A DNA stretch of 64,000 nt, from contig NC_068984.1 of assembly GCF_001194135.2 (NCBI RefSeq), positions 124,592,732 to 124,656,731 of the forward strand. The letters run 5' to 3'. Positions 35,633-48,918 of this stretch are shown piece after piece (positions within the stretch are counted from its first letter, which is position 1; each line of letters begins with the position of its first letter). A program made the position numbers and the translations under genes. The stretch comes from Octopus bimaculoides (Eukaryota). The notes under the pieces were generated by a model. That model made no database searches and was not told the origin of the DNA. It saw only the letters and a list, made by a program, of their open reading frames with translations.

Positions 35633-36299
35633 CGCAAGATATTATCATATCATCGTCATTACATTTTAAATCTTCGTTCCAATATTGTTAAGTTTCTTTT
35701 AACTCTTATCCACAAAAACTTTTCGCTAGACTATTGATACGATAAGATATTTAATAAGAAAAGCATTAGGATAGGTGCAGTTACACCAACATATTCCAAT
35801 GCCATACAAGAAACACTTCTGGTACGAACACGTGAAACTCTTCTCTATGTAATTGTGATGACCCAAATACTTCCCTCTCCATGGTTTGTGTTTTTCTTGA
35901 GCACTAGTCTAGGCTTAAATTGCAGTGAAACACAAATGCTTGTGCGATTTACTGAAAACTTCCTGAAAAGAAGACTCTTGTAGCGTATGTATACACTGAG
36001 ATAATCAGTGATACCTCACCACTTCACAATGGAAATATATTCGGATTGTAATGGATAATAAGGTAACTGATAATGACGTCAATTGGCCCAAATCATTCCC
36101 CAACTTCCTATATAAGCTGCTCATAAATGTGCGTTCGCTTTCGGTCAGAGAAATAATACATGTTGTTGAAAATGTTTTGCATAAATCCTTAGATGTATTC
36201 TCGAACGGAAGAACGCCTTTTGTTGTACTCAATCTTTTAATTCTGTGTTTGTGTGTATGTGTGTATGTGTGTGTGTGCGTGTGTTTCGATGGATGTATG

Positions 36300-36360
<61 letters not shown>

Positions 36361-36866
36361 AGAGAGATAGAGAGATGCATAGATAGATAGATAGATAGAT
36401 AGACATAGATATAGAGGTGTGTGCGTGTAAACACACACACACACACATATATACATATATGTATATATANNNNNNNNNNNNNNNNNNNNNNNNNNNNNNN
36501 NNNNNNNNNNNNNNNNNNNNNNNNNNNNNNNNNNNNNNNNNNNNNNNNNNNNNNNNNNNNNNNNNNNNNNNNNNNNNNNNNNNNNNNNNNNNNNNNNNNA
36601 TATGTATACATACATACAAACATACATTCATACAGAACCATGTTAACATATCTCTCTACCCCACTAACGATGCACCTTTATCTCATTCTTATCTACACCA
36701 GTCCCCTAAACTTTGTCCCGGTATACTTGTCTCTTTAGCAACTTCTCGATCTTCTACCAATTCTCTTTTACTTTTTGTCAGTTTGTCCGTCTGTCTGTTT
36801 GACTATCTCTCCTTGTCTCTGCCTGCCCCGCTTTCTTTCTCTCCCCCTCTCTCTCACTCTATCTAC

Positions 36867-36925
<59 letters not shown>

Positions 36926-37025
36926 CCTAATTATCTGCGTATCTATTTACCTGTATTTGACACGACACACCCAACTACATACGTACAATATATATGTACA
37001 CAAACACACACACATACAAACACAC

Positions 37026-37064
<39 letters not shown>

Positions 37065-37114
37065 TTACGTATGTATTCATAAATATTACACAACCATACT
37101 TACACAATATTCCA

Positions 37115-37317
37115 TTCTTCTTCTTCTTCTTCTTCTTCTTCTTCTTCTTCTTCTTCTTCTTCTTCTTCTTTTTCTCCATGTCTTATCACCAACCCACCTT
37201 CACGTCTTTTCTCCACCTCCCTTTCAGATATCCGCCACCAGACTCCCCACCGCTACGAAATCACCTATCGCCTTATCTTAGCTTCTATTTCTATCTAAGC
37301 CGCCCCACCCATCGTCA

Positions 37318-37365
<48 letters not shown>

Positions 37366-37498
37366 ACCTACCACTACTACTACCACTACTACTACTACTA
37401 TCACCTCCAACACCAACACCACTTCCACCAATACTACTAAATTCCACTCCAACTACTACTACCTCCACCACCATGATCACCACCACAACCACCACCAT

Positions 37499-37546
<48 letters not shown>

Positions 37547-38870
37547 TACTAACGCATCCGTTTCCTTTATCAGCTAAATAAAGCTACTACCACCCTAACA
37601 GCCAAGTAGTACTTCTAACAACATCATCATCATCGGTACTGCTAGCTACTTGCGCCAACACCACCTATACTACCACCGCTATAACATTATCACGGCGACA
37701 ACGACAATGACGACGACGACGACGACGACGATCACCACCACCACCACCACTACCACCACCACCACCACCACCACAACCACCANNNNNNNNNNNNNNNNNN
37801 NNNNNNNNNNNNNNNNNNNNNNNNNNNNNNNNNNNNNNNNNNNNNNNNNNNNNNNNNNNNNNNNNNNNNNNNNNNNNNNNNNNNNNNNNNNNNNNNNNNN
37901 NNNNNNNNNNNNNNNNNNNNNNNNNNNNNNNNNNNNNNNNNNNNNNNNNNNNNNNNNNNNNNNNNNNNNNNNNNNNNNNNNNNNNNNNNNNNNNNNNNNN
38001 NNNNNNNNNNNNNNNNNNNNNNNNNNNNNNNNNNNNNNNNNNNNNNNNNNNNNNNNNNNNNNNNNNNNNNNNNNNNNNNNNNNNNNNNNNNNNNNNNNNN
38101 NNNNNNNNNNNNNNNNNNNNNNNNNNNNNNNNNNNNNNNNNNNNNNNNNNNNNNNNNNNNNNNNNNNNNNNNNNNNNNNNNNNNNNNNNNNNNNNNNNNN
38201 NNNNNNNNNNNNNNNNNNNNNNNNNNNNNNNNNNNNNNNNNNNNNNNNNNNNNNNNNNNNNNNNNNNNNNNNNNNNNNNNNNNNNNNNNNNNNNNNNNNN
38301 NNNNNNNNNNNNNNNNNNNNNNNNNNNNNNNNNNNNNNNNNNNNNNNNNNNNNNNNNNNNNNNNNNNNNNNNNNNNNNNNNNNNNNNNNNNNNNNNNNNN
38401 NNNNNNNNNNNNNNNNNNNNNNNNNNNNNNNNNNNNNNNNNNNNNNNNNNNNNNNNNNNNNNNNNNNNNNNNNNNNNNNNNNNNNNNNNNNNNNNNNNNN
38501 NNNNNNNNNNNNNNNNNNNNNNNNNNNNNNNNNNNNNNNNNNNNNNNNNNNNNNNNNNNNNNNNNNNNNNNNNNCCACCACCACCACCACCACCTCTATT
38601 AACACTACTAGTTCTATTACTATTATCACCAAAACCACGTCTATCACTACAAACTCCAACTCTAATGTCAAGAGTGCCGCCACCGTAACCGTGACTTTTA
38701 CACTACCTCCACCTCCACCAGTACTGTCTCATTATCAAGACTACTAACACCAGCACCAGCACCAGCACCAGCACCAACACCACCACTACAATAACCACCA
38801 CTTACACTATCATCATTACTACCAATACCATCACCACCAGCACCACCACTGCAATCACTGCAACATCGCT
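37115..38870. repeat. Mixed trinucleotide block: (CTT), (CTA), (CCA), (CGA), spanning a gap
   Basis: Direct inspection. Confidence 0.9.
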
Positions 38871-39050
38871 TGACAACCGATGCTGGTGTGTTTACGTCCC
38901 CGTCAACTAGCGTTTCGGCAAAAAGAGAACGATAGAATAAGTACAAGGCTTACAGAGATTAAGTCATGGGGGGTAGATTTATCGACTAAAGGTGTTGCTC
39001 CAGCATGGCCGCAGTCAAATGACTGAAACAAGTAAGAGAATAAAAGAATA
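38868..39050 (+). mobile_element. SINE family B, 3' half
   Basis: cgcttgacaaccgatgctggtgtgtttacgtcccc...gatagaataagtac...ccagcatggccgcagtcaaatgactgaaacaagtaagagaataaaagaat. Confidence 0.9.
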
Positions 39051-40188
39051 TATTAGATAGTTTATTATGGATTAGAGTGAGTGTTGACATAGTATTCACT
39101 AGAGGGAGCTGGTGTCAATCAAAAAACCTGAATTGCAGAAAACGCAGTCATTTGTATAGTTGTATATGTGTGAGAGTGAGTTGTCCAATACATATATCAA
39201 CGAAATCAGCTCGGTCTTCCATATTCAGTGGGTTTAGTGATGCTGGATGATACTGTTATATTTTTATGCATTGCCTTGCGTTGGCTTCGGTCCTCATGTT
39301 ATTGATGGTGTCGCAAGGGGCCGCCGTCGTTACATATAATCTGTCGTGGGCGTTTTTAGTCCTGGCAGACTTCATTACCCTTTAGATGAGTCTGAATCCG
39401 ATTTTTCTTTTTTTTTTTTTCATAAAGGGAGATAGAAGGAGACCTAGGTAATGAAAGAGTTAGAGGAAGTGAAGAATCGAACCTAGTACCGGACTAGTAA
39501 TTATATTTAGTGATCCTGAAATGAGAAAAGGCAGAGTTGACGTCGGTTTGATTTGAACTCAGAGCGAAGGGAGTCGGATGAAGTAACGCAAGGCAATCAA
39601 TCAATCCCATATTTTAGNNNNNNNNNNNNNNNNNNNNNNNNNNNNNNNNNNNNNNNNNNNNNNNNNNNNNNNNNNNNNNNNNNNNNNNNNNNNNNNNNNN
39701 NNNNNNNNNNNNNNNNNNNNNNNNNNNNNNNNNNNNNNNNNNNNNNNNNNNNNNNNNNNNNNNNNNNNNNNNNNNNNNNNNNNNNNNNNNNNNNNNNNNN
39801 NNNNNNNNNNNNNNNNNNNNNNNNNNNNNNNNNNNNNNNNNNNNNNNNNNNNNNNNNNNNNNNNNNNNNNNNNNNNNNNNNNNNNNNNNNNNNNNNNNNN
39901 NNNNNNNNNNNNNNNNNNNNNNNNNNNNNNNNNNNNNNNNNNNNNNNNNNNNNNNNNNNNNNNNNNNNNNNNNNNNNNNNNNNNNNNNNNNNNNNNNNNN
40001 NNNNNNNNNNNNNNNNNNNNNNNNNNNNNNNNNNNNNNNNNNNNNNNNNNNNNNNNNNNNNNNNNNNNNNNNNNNNNNNNNNNNNNNNNNNNNNNNNNNN
40101 NNNNNNNNNNNNNNNNNNNNNNNNNNNNNNNNNNNNNNNNNNNNNNNNNNNNNNNNNNNNNNNNNNNNNNNNNNTATAGAGACAGACC

Positions 40189-40480
40189 GTGGAGGCGCAA
40201 TAGCTCAATGGTTAGGGCAGCAGACTCACAGTCGTAGGATCGCGGTTTCGATACCCAGACCGGGCGTTGTGAGTGTTTATTGAGCGAAAACACTTAAAGC
40301 TCTCTCACTCTTTCTTCCTGTTTCTGTTGTATCTGTATTTCAAAGGGCCAGCTTTGTCACATGCTGTGTCACGCTGAATCTCCCCGAGAACTACGTTAAG
40401 AGTACACGTGTCTGTGGAGTGCTCAGCCACTAGCACATTGATTTCCATTGATCAGATCAGCTGGAACAGATGGAGTGCCA
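40189..40480 (+). mobile_element. SINE family C with a ~60-bp internal deletion
   Basis: A/B-box head gtggaggcgcaatagctcaatggttag...ggtttcgataccc; lacks the ccacgaggct...caccacaact segment present at 61060-61454. Confidence 0.88.
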
Positions 40481-40699
40481 CACATATATACACCATGCTC
40501 ATATGTGTTTGTGTGTATGATTTTTGTTTGCATTTGTCATCTCCACCGCATGACAACCGGTGTTGGTTTTGTTTATGGCCTCATAACTTTGTGGTTTGCT
40601 ATAAGACACAGAGAATAAATATTAGAGGCTAAAATGACAGTACTGGCTGGGAGGCCAATTTGGTCGGCTAAACACTTCGAGACGAGGGAACAATAAGCA

Positions 40700-40830
40700 G
40701 GTGTATTAGTTTAACGTTCGGGAAGTATGAAAAAGTCTTTGACGTTTCAAGCCTACGCTTTTCGAGAGAAAAGAATGAGAGGGAAAAGAAATGGAGAGAA
40801 CGAAAAGATAAAAAAAAACAAAAAACAAAA
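40700..40830 (-). mobile_element. Penelope-like fragment, degenerate hammerhead
   Basis: Minus strand tcgaaaagcgtaggcttgaaacgtcaaagac at ~40736-40764, homologous to 18256-18280. Confidence 0.55.
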
Positions 40831-40856
40831 CGGAGAAAGATAAAAANNNNNNNNNN

Positions 40857-40897
<41 letters not shown>

Positions 40898-41079
40898 GTA
40901 GTTATGGAGCCGACTGCCACCACCATAATATTTATAATACACAAATTAAAACTTTGCAAAATATTTTTAAATAACTACATAAAAAACCCTCTTTATCCTC
41001 CTTCGCTTATTCATCTTTGTGCACCTTCCTCTTTACCTCTTCCTCCTTCTCCGCCTACTGTACCTGGTACATCAACCAC

Positions 41080-41080
41080 A

Positions 41081-41126
<46 letters not shown>

Positions 41127-41196
41127 TTTAGTGGCTATTTTTATCTTTTTTATCGTATGTATTCGACTTACACTTCTCTCATCATCATCATCATCG

Positions 41197-41235
<39 letters not shown>

Positions 41236-42149
41236 CCATTATCAGAATCACCACTACAATCACCCCTACAACCAACACTACTACTGCCACAACCGCTACC
41301 ACTGCCACCACGGCCACTAACACCACGACCACCACCGTCGTTATAGTCAACATCATCATCATTATCACTATCCATCTCCACATCATCATTCTCATCATCC
41401 TCATCACCACCACCACCACCACCACCACCACCNNNNNNNNNNNNNNNNNNNNNNNNNNNNNNNNNNNNNNNNNNNNNNNNNNNNNNNNNNNNNNNNNNNN
41501 NNNNNNNNNNNNNNNNNNNNNNNNNNNNNNNNNNNNNNNNNNNNNNNNNNNNNNNNNNNNNNNNNNNNNNNNNNNNNNNNNNNNNNNNNNNNNNNNNNNN
41601 NNNNNNNNNNNNNNNNNNNNNNNNNNNNNNNNNNNNNNNNNNNNNNNNNNNNNNNNNNNNNNNNNNNNNNNNNNNNNNNNNNNNNNNNNNNNNNNNNNNN
41701 NNNNNNNNNNNNNNNNNNNNNNNNNNNNNNNNNNNNNNNNNNNNNNNNNNNNNNNNNNNNNNNNNNNNNNNNNNNNNNNNNNNNNNNNNNNNNNNNNNNN
41801 NNNNNNNNNNNNNNNNNNNNNNNNNNNNNNNNNNNNNNNNNNNNNNNNNNNNNNNNNNNNNNNNNNNNNNNNNNNNNNNNNNNNNNNNNNNNNNNNNNNN
41901 NNNNNNNNNNNNNNNNNNNNNNNNNNNNNNNNNNNNNNNNNNNNNNNNNNNNNNNNNNNNNNNNNNNNNNNNNNNNNNNNNNNNNNNNNNNNNNNNNNNN
42001 NNNNNNNNNNNNNNNNNNNNNNNNNNNNNNNNNNNNNNNNNNNNNNNNNNNNNNNNNNNNNNNNNNNNNNNNNNNNNNNNNNNNNNNNNNNNNNNNNNNN
42101 NCACCACCATCACCACAACCACCATCAACATCGTCATCGCCATCGTCAC

Positions 42150-42181
<32 letters not shown>

Positions 42182-42184
42182 ACC

Positions 42185-42220
<36 letters not shown>

Positions 42221-42490
42221 ACAACCTCATCATCATCATCATCTAAAGCAAAACAGCAAGAAAAGCAGTAGCAGTAGTAAGAGCAGCAACACCATGATCA
42301 CCTTCATCATAAGTATCATAATCTACACCGCTACCCTCGCCACAACAACAATAACAATAACAACAACATCAAGATCACTACTACAGCATCGACTTTATCA
42401 CTAGCCTACCCCAACCACAAACTTCAATCAGCATCACCACCACCACCACCACAACCACCACCACCTCCTCCACCGCCACCACCACCATCA
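41080..42490. repeat. Mixed trinucleotide block: (CTA), (CAT), (CCA), spanning a gap
   Basis: Direct inspection. Confidence 0.9.
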
Positions 42491-42982
42491 CCTTCAATCA
42501 ACAACGTTGAGTTCCTTTTTTTTTTATCGCTATTCTTCTTCCGACCACTTCCTCTTCCTTTATCTCTTCCTTTTTCTTTTGCCTTGCCTTCTACTTCTCC
42601 TCCTCCTGCTACTCTTACCTTCCTTGGCGGTCCATGGGCTGTGTGTTGTAAGACAGACTGATACCGACAGTAGGTTTTTTGCATACCACCAGATAGCAAA
42701 AGCGAAAGCTATCCATACGGACGACGATTTGTCCACCCAGAAACGGGTGGATTTAGGGGGAACAAAAACCAAAAAGAGAAAAAGAAAAAAAAAAGGACAA
42801 CAAAAATTATCCAAACAGAAATGATAGTCATACACACCTTACATTAAAATAATACAATATACATACATTTAGGTGCATATATNNNNNNNNNNNNNNNNNN
42901 NNNNNNNNNNNNNNNNNNNNNNNNNNNNNNNNNNNNNNNNNNNNNNNNNNNNNNNNNNNNNNNNNNNNNNNNNNNNNNNNNN

Positions 42983-43013
<31 letters not shown>

Positions 43014-43124
43014 ATAACGGCGGTGCTCTAGCTAGGTCGCAGTCCTTGAGCTGAAACTAGAAAAGGAAAAGGAATTTTTCAAGCTGAGAACAAGATACAC
43101 ACACACACACACACACACACAGAG

Positions 43125-43195
<71 letters not shown>

Positions 43196-45397
43196 TATCT
43201 ATACACAGATAGGTTGATAGTTAAATATAGATATAGAGAAACATATGTATGGACATATATACATACATACACACTCGCACACACATATATATGTATATAC
43301 ACGCACATACATACATACAAATACATATAGAAACATGCGCGCGTGAACACATGCAGATATTTGCGAGCATAGTATTTGCATACAGCTCTCCATAGAAAGA
43401 ACACATATTGTCAGAAGTGTTCTGAAAGCTATTCAAAGTCTAACTGATTCGTCTTCGACTGCAAACAGTTCTCATGCCACAATTAAAATTTTTGTGAGTC
43501 TCGCTCAAGAAATATACCATTCTTCTTACGCTCATGCTAGAAAATGTCATATTCTGGAAGACGTCTGATTCCCAAGATATTATGAATGTATTATGTTGAT
43601 TATCTCGAAATCTACATTTTGTTTTTTTTTAAAAACTTACTCGCGGTCTTTTAAATAATACGTATTTGTCGTATTATCTTTTCATAGAATGTGACAGAAT
43701 GTGAATATAAGAATGTTCAAAATTTTCCTATTCATCTGTCATGTATACATAGAAAANNNNNNNNNNATATATATGCATATATTGAGAAGTACCAACAATA
43801 ATGAAACCAACAACTTAGCTGCCTGTTGCTGATTTTATCATCATATTCCGTTCTACGTTAATATTCAGTGTGAATATTATTTCATAGAGACACAGAGACT
43901 TGTATATTCAAACATGGGAAAACACAGGCAGCCCCTCTCTGGAAAAACATATAAGTGAATGTGTATGATAGTATGGTATGTACATACGGAAGACTGTTTA
44001 GCAGCATTTCGTCTAAGATCAACTTTGCTTTCCATTGTTTCGTTATCGTTACACTAGATAGCAGTTGAACGATGGCGTCCGTGTATTTGACTAACACTCT
44101 GCCCCAAAATTTAGGCCTTTTGCTCGTGGTAAAGATGTCATTTCTTCTTCGTATTATTGTTATTATTATCGCTATCATCATCATCCTCCTCTGCATCATC
44201 ATCCCCCTCTGCATCATCATCAGCCGCTGCAGTTTAAACAATTTTTTGCCGATTATATTTACATTGTCTTTTATATTCAGTAAAAGTATGACTCCAAAAG
44301 CAATTTTTGAACTGCTCATTGAATTGTTTTTGTTTAAATAAATTAAATAACAAACATGAAACATGAAACTATAGCGACTACACATTAACATTAGTGACGC
44401 ATTACTGCTCGTAATTCAATTATACAAAGAATGTAATCTCTGAATTATAAATTTGGCTGCAAGTTTTCATTTAATGTAGTGTAAGTCTCAATCGAGGCAA
44501 CAACGAATCAGAAACGTTTATTTCAATCGCAATTTATTCAATGAAACATATCTCATTCAGTTTTCAATCAAATACGGAATGTAATGAATAATACGAAACG
44601 ATGTAAAGTCGGAAAAGGCGTTTACCATTTTAGAATATTCAGTAGTTATTCTATCATAGATTTTCATTTCAATTTCGAATTTAAATTACACCTTTCACAA
44701 TTTTATCCGAATGCAAGTGTACACACACACACACACACACACATACACACGCACACGCACTAACACACACACACATACACATATATGAGGGTGTATGTAT
44801 AAGTATATACTTATATTCGCATATACTGGTAAATGCCTATATAAACACACAACTTTATACGCATACTCACAGACATCTATAAACACCAGCAAATGCAAAA
44901 CACGCTGAAAGGCACATATAAGTGTAAAAGAAACGCGTGTGCGTTAATATACATATATGCATACATACATACATATAGTTAGATAGATAGATAGAAAAAT
45001 AGATAGACAGATATATAGATAGATAGATAGATAGATAGATGGATATATATAGTAGAGATATATTCTTTGATACTATGGGCAACATCTTAAAGTAAATTGT
45101 AAGAAATATGAGATAATTGAGTCGGGGTTCTATTGCCTGATCTTCTCGACCAATTCTTATCTAGTGTTAAATGACATTGAAGGTATCCTATAATGTATGT
45201 AAATATGTGTAAATGCGTATGTGTGTAAGTGTGTGTGTGTGTGTGAGTGAGACTGTGTTTGTGTGTGTGTATGTGAGTGCGCGCGCGGTGAACGTTGCAG
45301 AGAATCAACAAGTTGCAGATGAGAGGTGTCAGATGTCCCCGTAAACCGACTCACGTATTCACATAGCATCTTAGAATAAAAGTAGTAGTAGTAGTAA

Positions 45398-45463
<66 letters not shown>

Positions 45464-45604
45464 CAACAGCAGCAGCAGAAACAGCAGTAACATAATCAAT
45501 AATGATAATAATAATAATAATAACAACATGAATAAGAATAATAACAACTATGCTGATCGTGATGATGGCAACGATGATGTTGATGATGATGGATGTTGGC
45601 AATA

Positions 45605-45659
<55 letters not shown>

Positions 45660-46204
45660 CGATGACGACGATAAGCGAAAAGTAACTGAGTGCCAGTTTT
45701 TTTGTATACTTCTAGAGTTTACGCTATTTGAAAGACTTTTTTTTCCAGGGATTTGACACGCGCTTTTGCAAGGAATACTGTACAATCTTTCCCATGGTTT
45801 ATATTCTGTACTGAGTGACACGATCAGACAAAGCATGAACAGAGAAACACAATGCCTTATATTTTCAGATTGGTGTATAGTTATTTCATTTTATTCCTAC
45901 TCACTAGTCGACTGTTGCTTTTTTTCAGCCCATGAAGAACAGAAAGCTTCACTAGGTTTAATCTAAAAACGTAAAAAGAACGTAATGGGATACTTCAAAA
46001 CATTTTTTCAGTGCACTATACCATCCAATACCAGCAAATAGATTAATGGTTTCAATTTGGGCAAAAGGCTAACGATTGTGACCAGAGTTCGTAAACTGTT
46101 ACCATCGGCTCCAGTAGTTGATGCTATTCTATTCTCTCGAATCCGTAAGAATGACAGTGAAAGCACGCAAGGAGACGAATCGAATACGGCGAGGCTCTAA
46201 CGAT

Positions 46205-46425
46205 TCGGGAATAATAACAGTATTTTCTTCTCTAGGCACAAGGCCCAAAATTGGGGGGGGGGGAGAGATCGACCCCAATACGCAAAATTTGGGGATTAGA
46301 TCGACCCCAGTACGCAACTGGTGCTTAATTTATCGACCCCGAAAGGATGAAAGGCAAAGTCAACCTCGGCGGAATTCGAACTCAGAAAGTAAAGCATTTC
46401 ACCCGGTTTGCTAACGATTCTGCCA
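46205..46425 (-). mobile_element. SINE family A monomer
   Basis: ttctctaggcacaaggccc...gaccccagtacgcaactgg...gaccccgaaaggatgaaaggcaaagtcaacctcggcggaattcgaactcag...ctaacgattctgcca. Confidence 0.9.
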
Positions 46426-46427
46426 TT

Positions 46428-46638
46428 TCAGACAAATACATAACAAAAACACCAGGACTTACAAATATATATAACATACAGAAAATTGCACTACTGGGTA
46501 CTGCACACATTCTACGCAAAACACTTTCAATACAGTAAACATAAGAGCACCACAGCAAACCACAGCACATACCCAAGGCGCACAGAGCTGCGCTCGGTAG
46601 TGAAGTGAAAGCACGCTATAAAAATAAAACTACTGAAC

Positions 46639-46640
<2 letters not shown>
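46428..46640 (+). mobile_element. R4/Dong-clade LINE extreme 3' end with (TAA)n tail
   Basis: DKYITKTPGLTNIYNIQKIALLGTAHILRKTLSIQ* (stop 46536-46538), the RLE C-terminal motif; 100-bp 3' UTR then (TAA)n. Confidence 0.88.
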
Positions 46641-46687
<47 letters not shown>

Positions 46688-46688
46688 G

Positions 46689-47187
46689 CTTCGGCTTGTG
46701 TGCAAATACGAAAGCAGCAAAACATCACATTCTATTGTCGAGGAAGCTTGCAAATACTCAAGGGGTCTCAGCACTAACCCTGAATTAGATAAAGAACCTG
46801 AAACCATTGCCACCAAACAAGCAAAACGGGTCAAAGCAGAAGCAAATTGGGGAGCGGTGGAGCCAGAAGCCTCTGCATGGCCAGTATATACTTTGAAGGT
46901 GATGTAGATCAAGCAACAATCCTGTAGCTGAGTAGCTCAGGACTGAAAGCAGAGACTGAAGGTTTCATATTACCGGGAGAAGACCAAAGCTTGCTTACCA
47001 AAATTTACTAGGCTAACGATTTTCAAAACTGTTCCGACCCTCTAAATGCAGACTCTGCGATACATTTGACGAAACAATAGGCCATCTCGTCTCGGGATGT
47101 CCTGTGTTGACACCAAACGAATAAAAAAATTCGCCACGATAGGGTAGGACAGTATTTACATTGGCAAGTATGTAAATACTACAAAGT
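46689..47187 (+). mobile_element. R4/Dong-clade LINE fragment with CCHC zinc knuckle
   Basis: QKPLHGQY, SGLKAETEGFI, CRLCDTFDETIGHLVSGCP (from 47047) and RHDRVGQYLHWQVCKYY; starts directly after (TAA)n. Confidence 0.88.
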
Positions 47188-47189
47188 AG

Positions 47190-47315
47190 TATTTACGAGT
47201 TCTTTCACAGGGCTTAGAAAACTGAAGTACCGCTGCTATAAGTATGTGAATGCGAGAGGGAAATACGTTGAATTAAATCATGATTAACTGATCCTCCTGT
47301 ATTTTCTTTTACTTA
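47190..47315 (+). mobile_element. Mariner transposase C-terminal fragment
   Basis: GLRKLKYRCYKYVNARGKYVE resembles the mariner motif GI.KL..RW.KCV...G.YVE. Confidence 0.5.
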
Positions 47316-47399
47316 AATGTGTGTGTGTGTGTGTATTACAATTGTCAAGCGAAACTGAGTAAAAATTGGTGAAGAATAATTTCAGCTTTAATAAATAGT

Positions 47400-47431
<32 letters not shown>

Positions 47432-47591
47432 ACACACACACACATACACACACACACACACGCACACGCTCACGCAGACGCACGCACACGCACACGCACT
47501 CACACAAACACACATTTATTTATCTGTTCCTATAAACTCTATGAATTCTATGGAATTTCCGATGTATGGAATTTCTGATGTATATCCAGTT

Positions 47592-47772
47592 TACTGGTAT
47601 GAACATCATCCTGAGCCAGTCGCTGAAGGTTAAAATATCACTATCTTCTGGGATTTTCCATTCAACACCGACAGAACAATCCAGGCTTATCGACCAGACA
47701 TAGTCATTAAAGACAGGGAAGAAAATACTTGTAGATTAATAGATGTAAGTGTTCCCACTGATAAAAATATAT
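47592..47772 (+). mobile_element. R4/Dong-clade LINE, restriction-like endonuclease domain fragment
   Basis: WYEHHPEPVAEG*NITIFWDFPFNTDRTIQAYRPDIVIKDREENTCRLIDVSVP (PD..D motif); the continuation of 46689-47187. Confidence 0.9.
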
Positions 47773-47774
47773 AT

Positions 47775-47976
47775 CTGGTGGAAGGAGATTAGTTTATTAT
47801 ATCGAACCCTGTACTCAACTGGTACTTAATTTATCGACCACGGAAGGATGAAAGCAAAGTTGACCTCAGTGGAATTTGAACTCAGAACGTAGCGACTGAC
47901 GAAACACCACTAAGCATTTCGCCCGGCGTGCTAACGATTCTGCCAGCTACCCGTCTTAATGATAACAACAACTACA

Positions 47977-48041
<65 letters not shown>

Positions 48042-48200
48042 CCTTTCTATTATAGGCACAAGGCCTGAAATTTTGTGGGAGGGGGCTAATCAATTGCATG
48101 GACCCTAGTGCCCATCTGTTACTTAATTTATCGACACCGAAAGGATGAAAGGCAAAGTCGACACCTCGGCGGAATTTGAACTCAGAACGTAAAGATGGCC
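47775..48200 (-). mobile_element. Two SINE family A monomers separated by (AAT)n
   Basis: Copies at ~47775-47957 and ~48040-48200. Confidence 0.9.
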
Positions 48201-48543
48201 GTAGTACTGCTAAATATATTAATAAACCACGGAAAATATATTTGGTATTTCAAGCGTTACTAAACCCATAAACAAATATATGCATAAATTCCTATGTTCT
48301 TCAAACAAATTGACCCCAAGACTTTTAATCAGTTTTTACAATTAAGTGTGCATAATTTAAACAATGTACAATTGTTTAACAAATTGCTACTTTGTGATCA
48401 TTAATTATCAATTTCGTTAATTAACTTAGAAGGAAACAATTATGTCAAGATAAGCCACAATTAATTACCTAATTGTAATATATATTTTTTCTGTTATTGA
48501 ATCTCTGTGTGTGTAGTGTGCGTGCGTGTGCATATGTATGTGC

Positions 48544-48611
<68 letters not shown>

Positions 48612-48844
48612 TACAATTGTCAAGTGAAACTGAGTAAGAATTGGTGAAGAATAATTTCCGCTTTAATAAATTGTACACACACACACACATACATTCATTT
48701 ATCTCTTTCTATAAACTCTACGTATTCTATGGAATTTCTGATGTATATCCAGTGTATGATAACATCAGATAGCAAATAATTGTGGATGAGCTTTGCATAG
48801 TTTTCTAACCGAATCATATTTATGTATGTATGTATGTATGTATG

Positions 48845-48918
<74 letters not shown>

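Noticed and set aside
42619-42635. Minus-strand ATGGACCGCCAAGGAAG|gtaaga as a possible first coding exon
   Set aside because: Only 17 nt, and no compatible downstream exon identified
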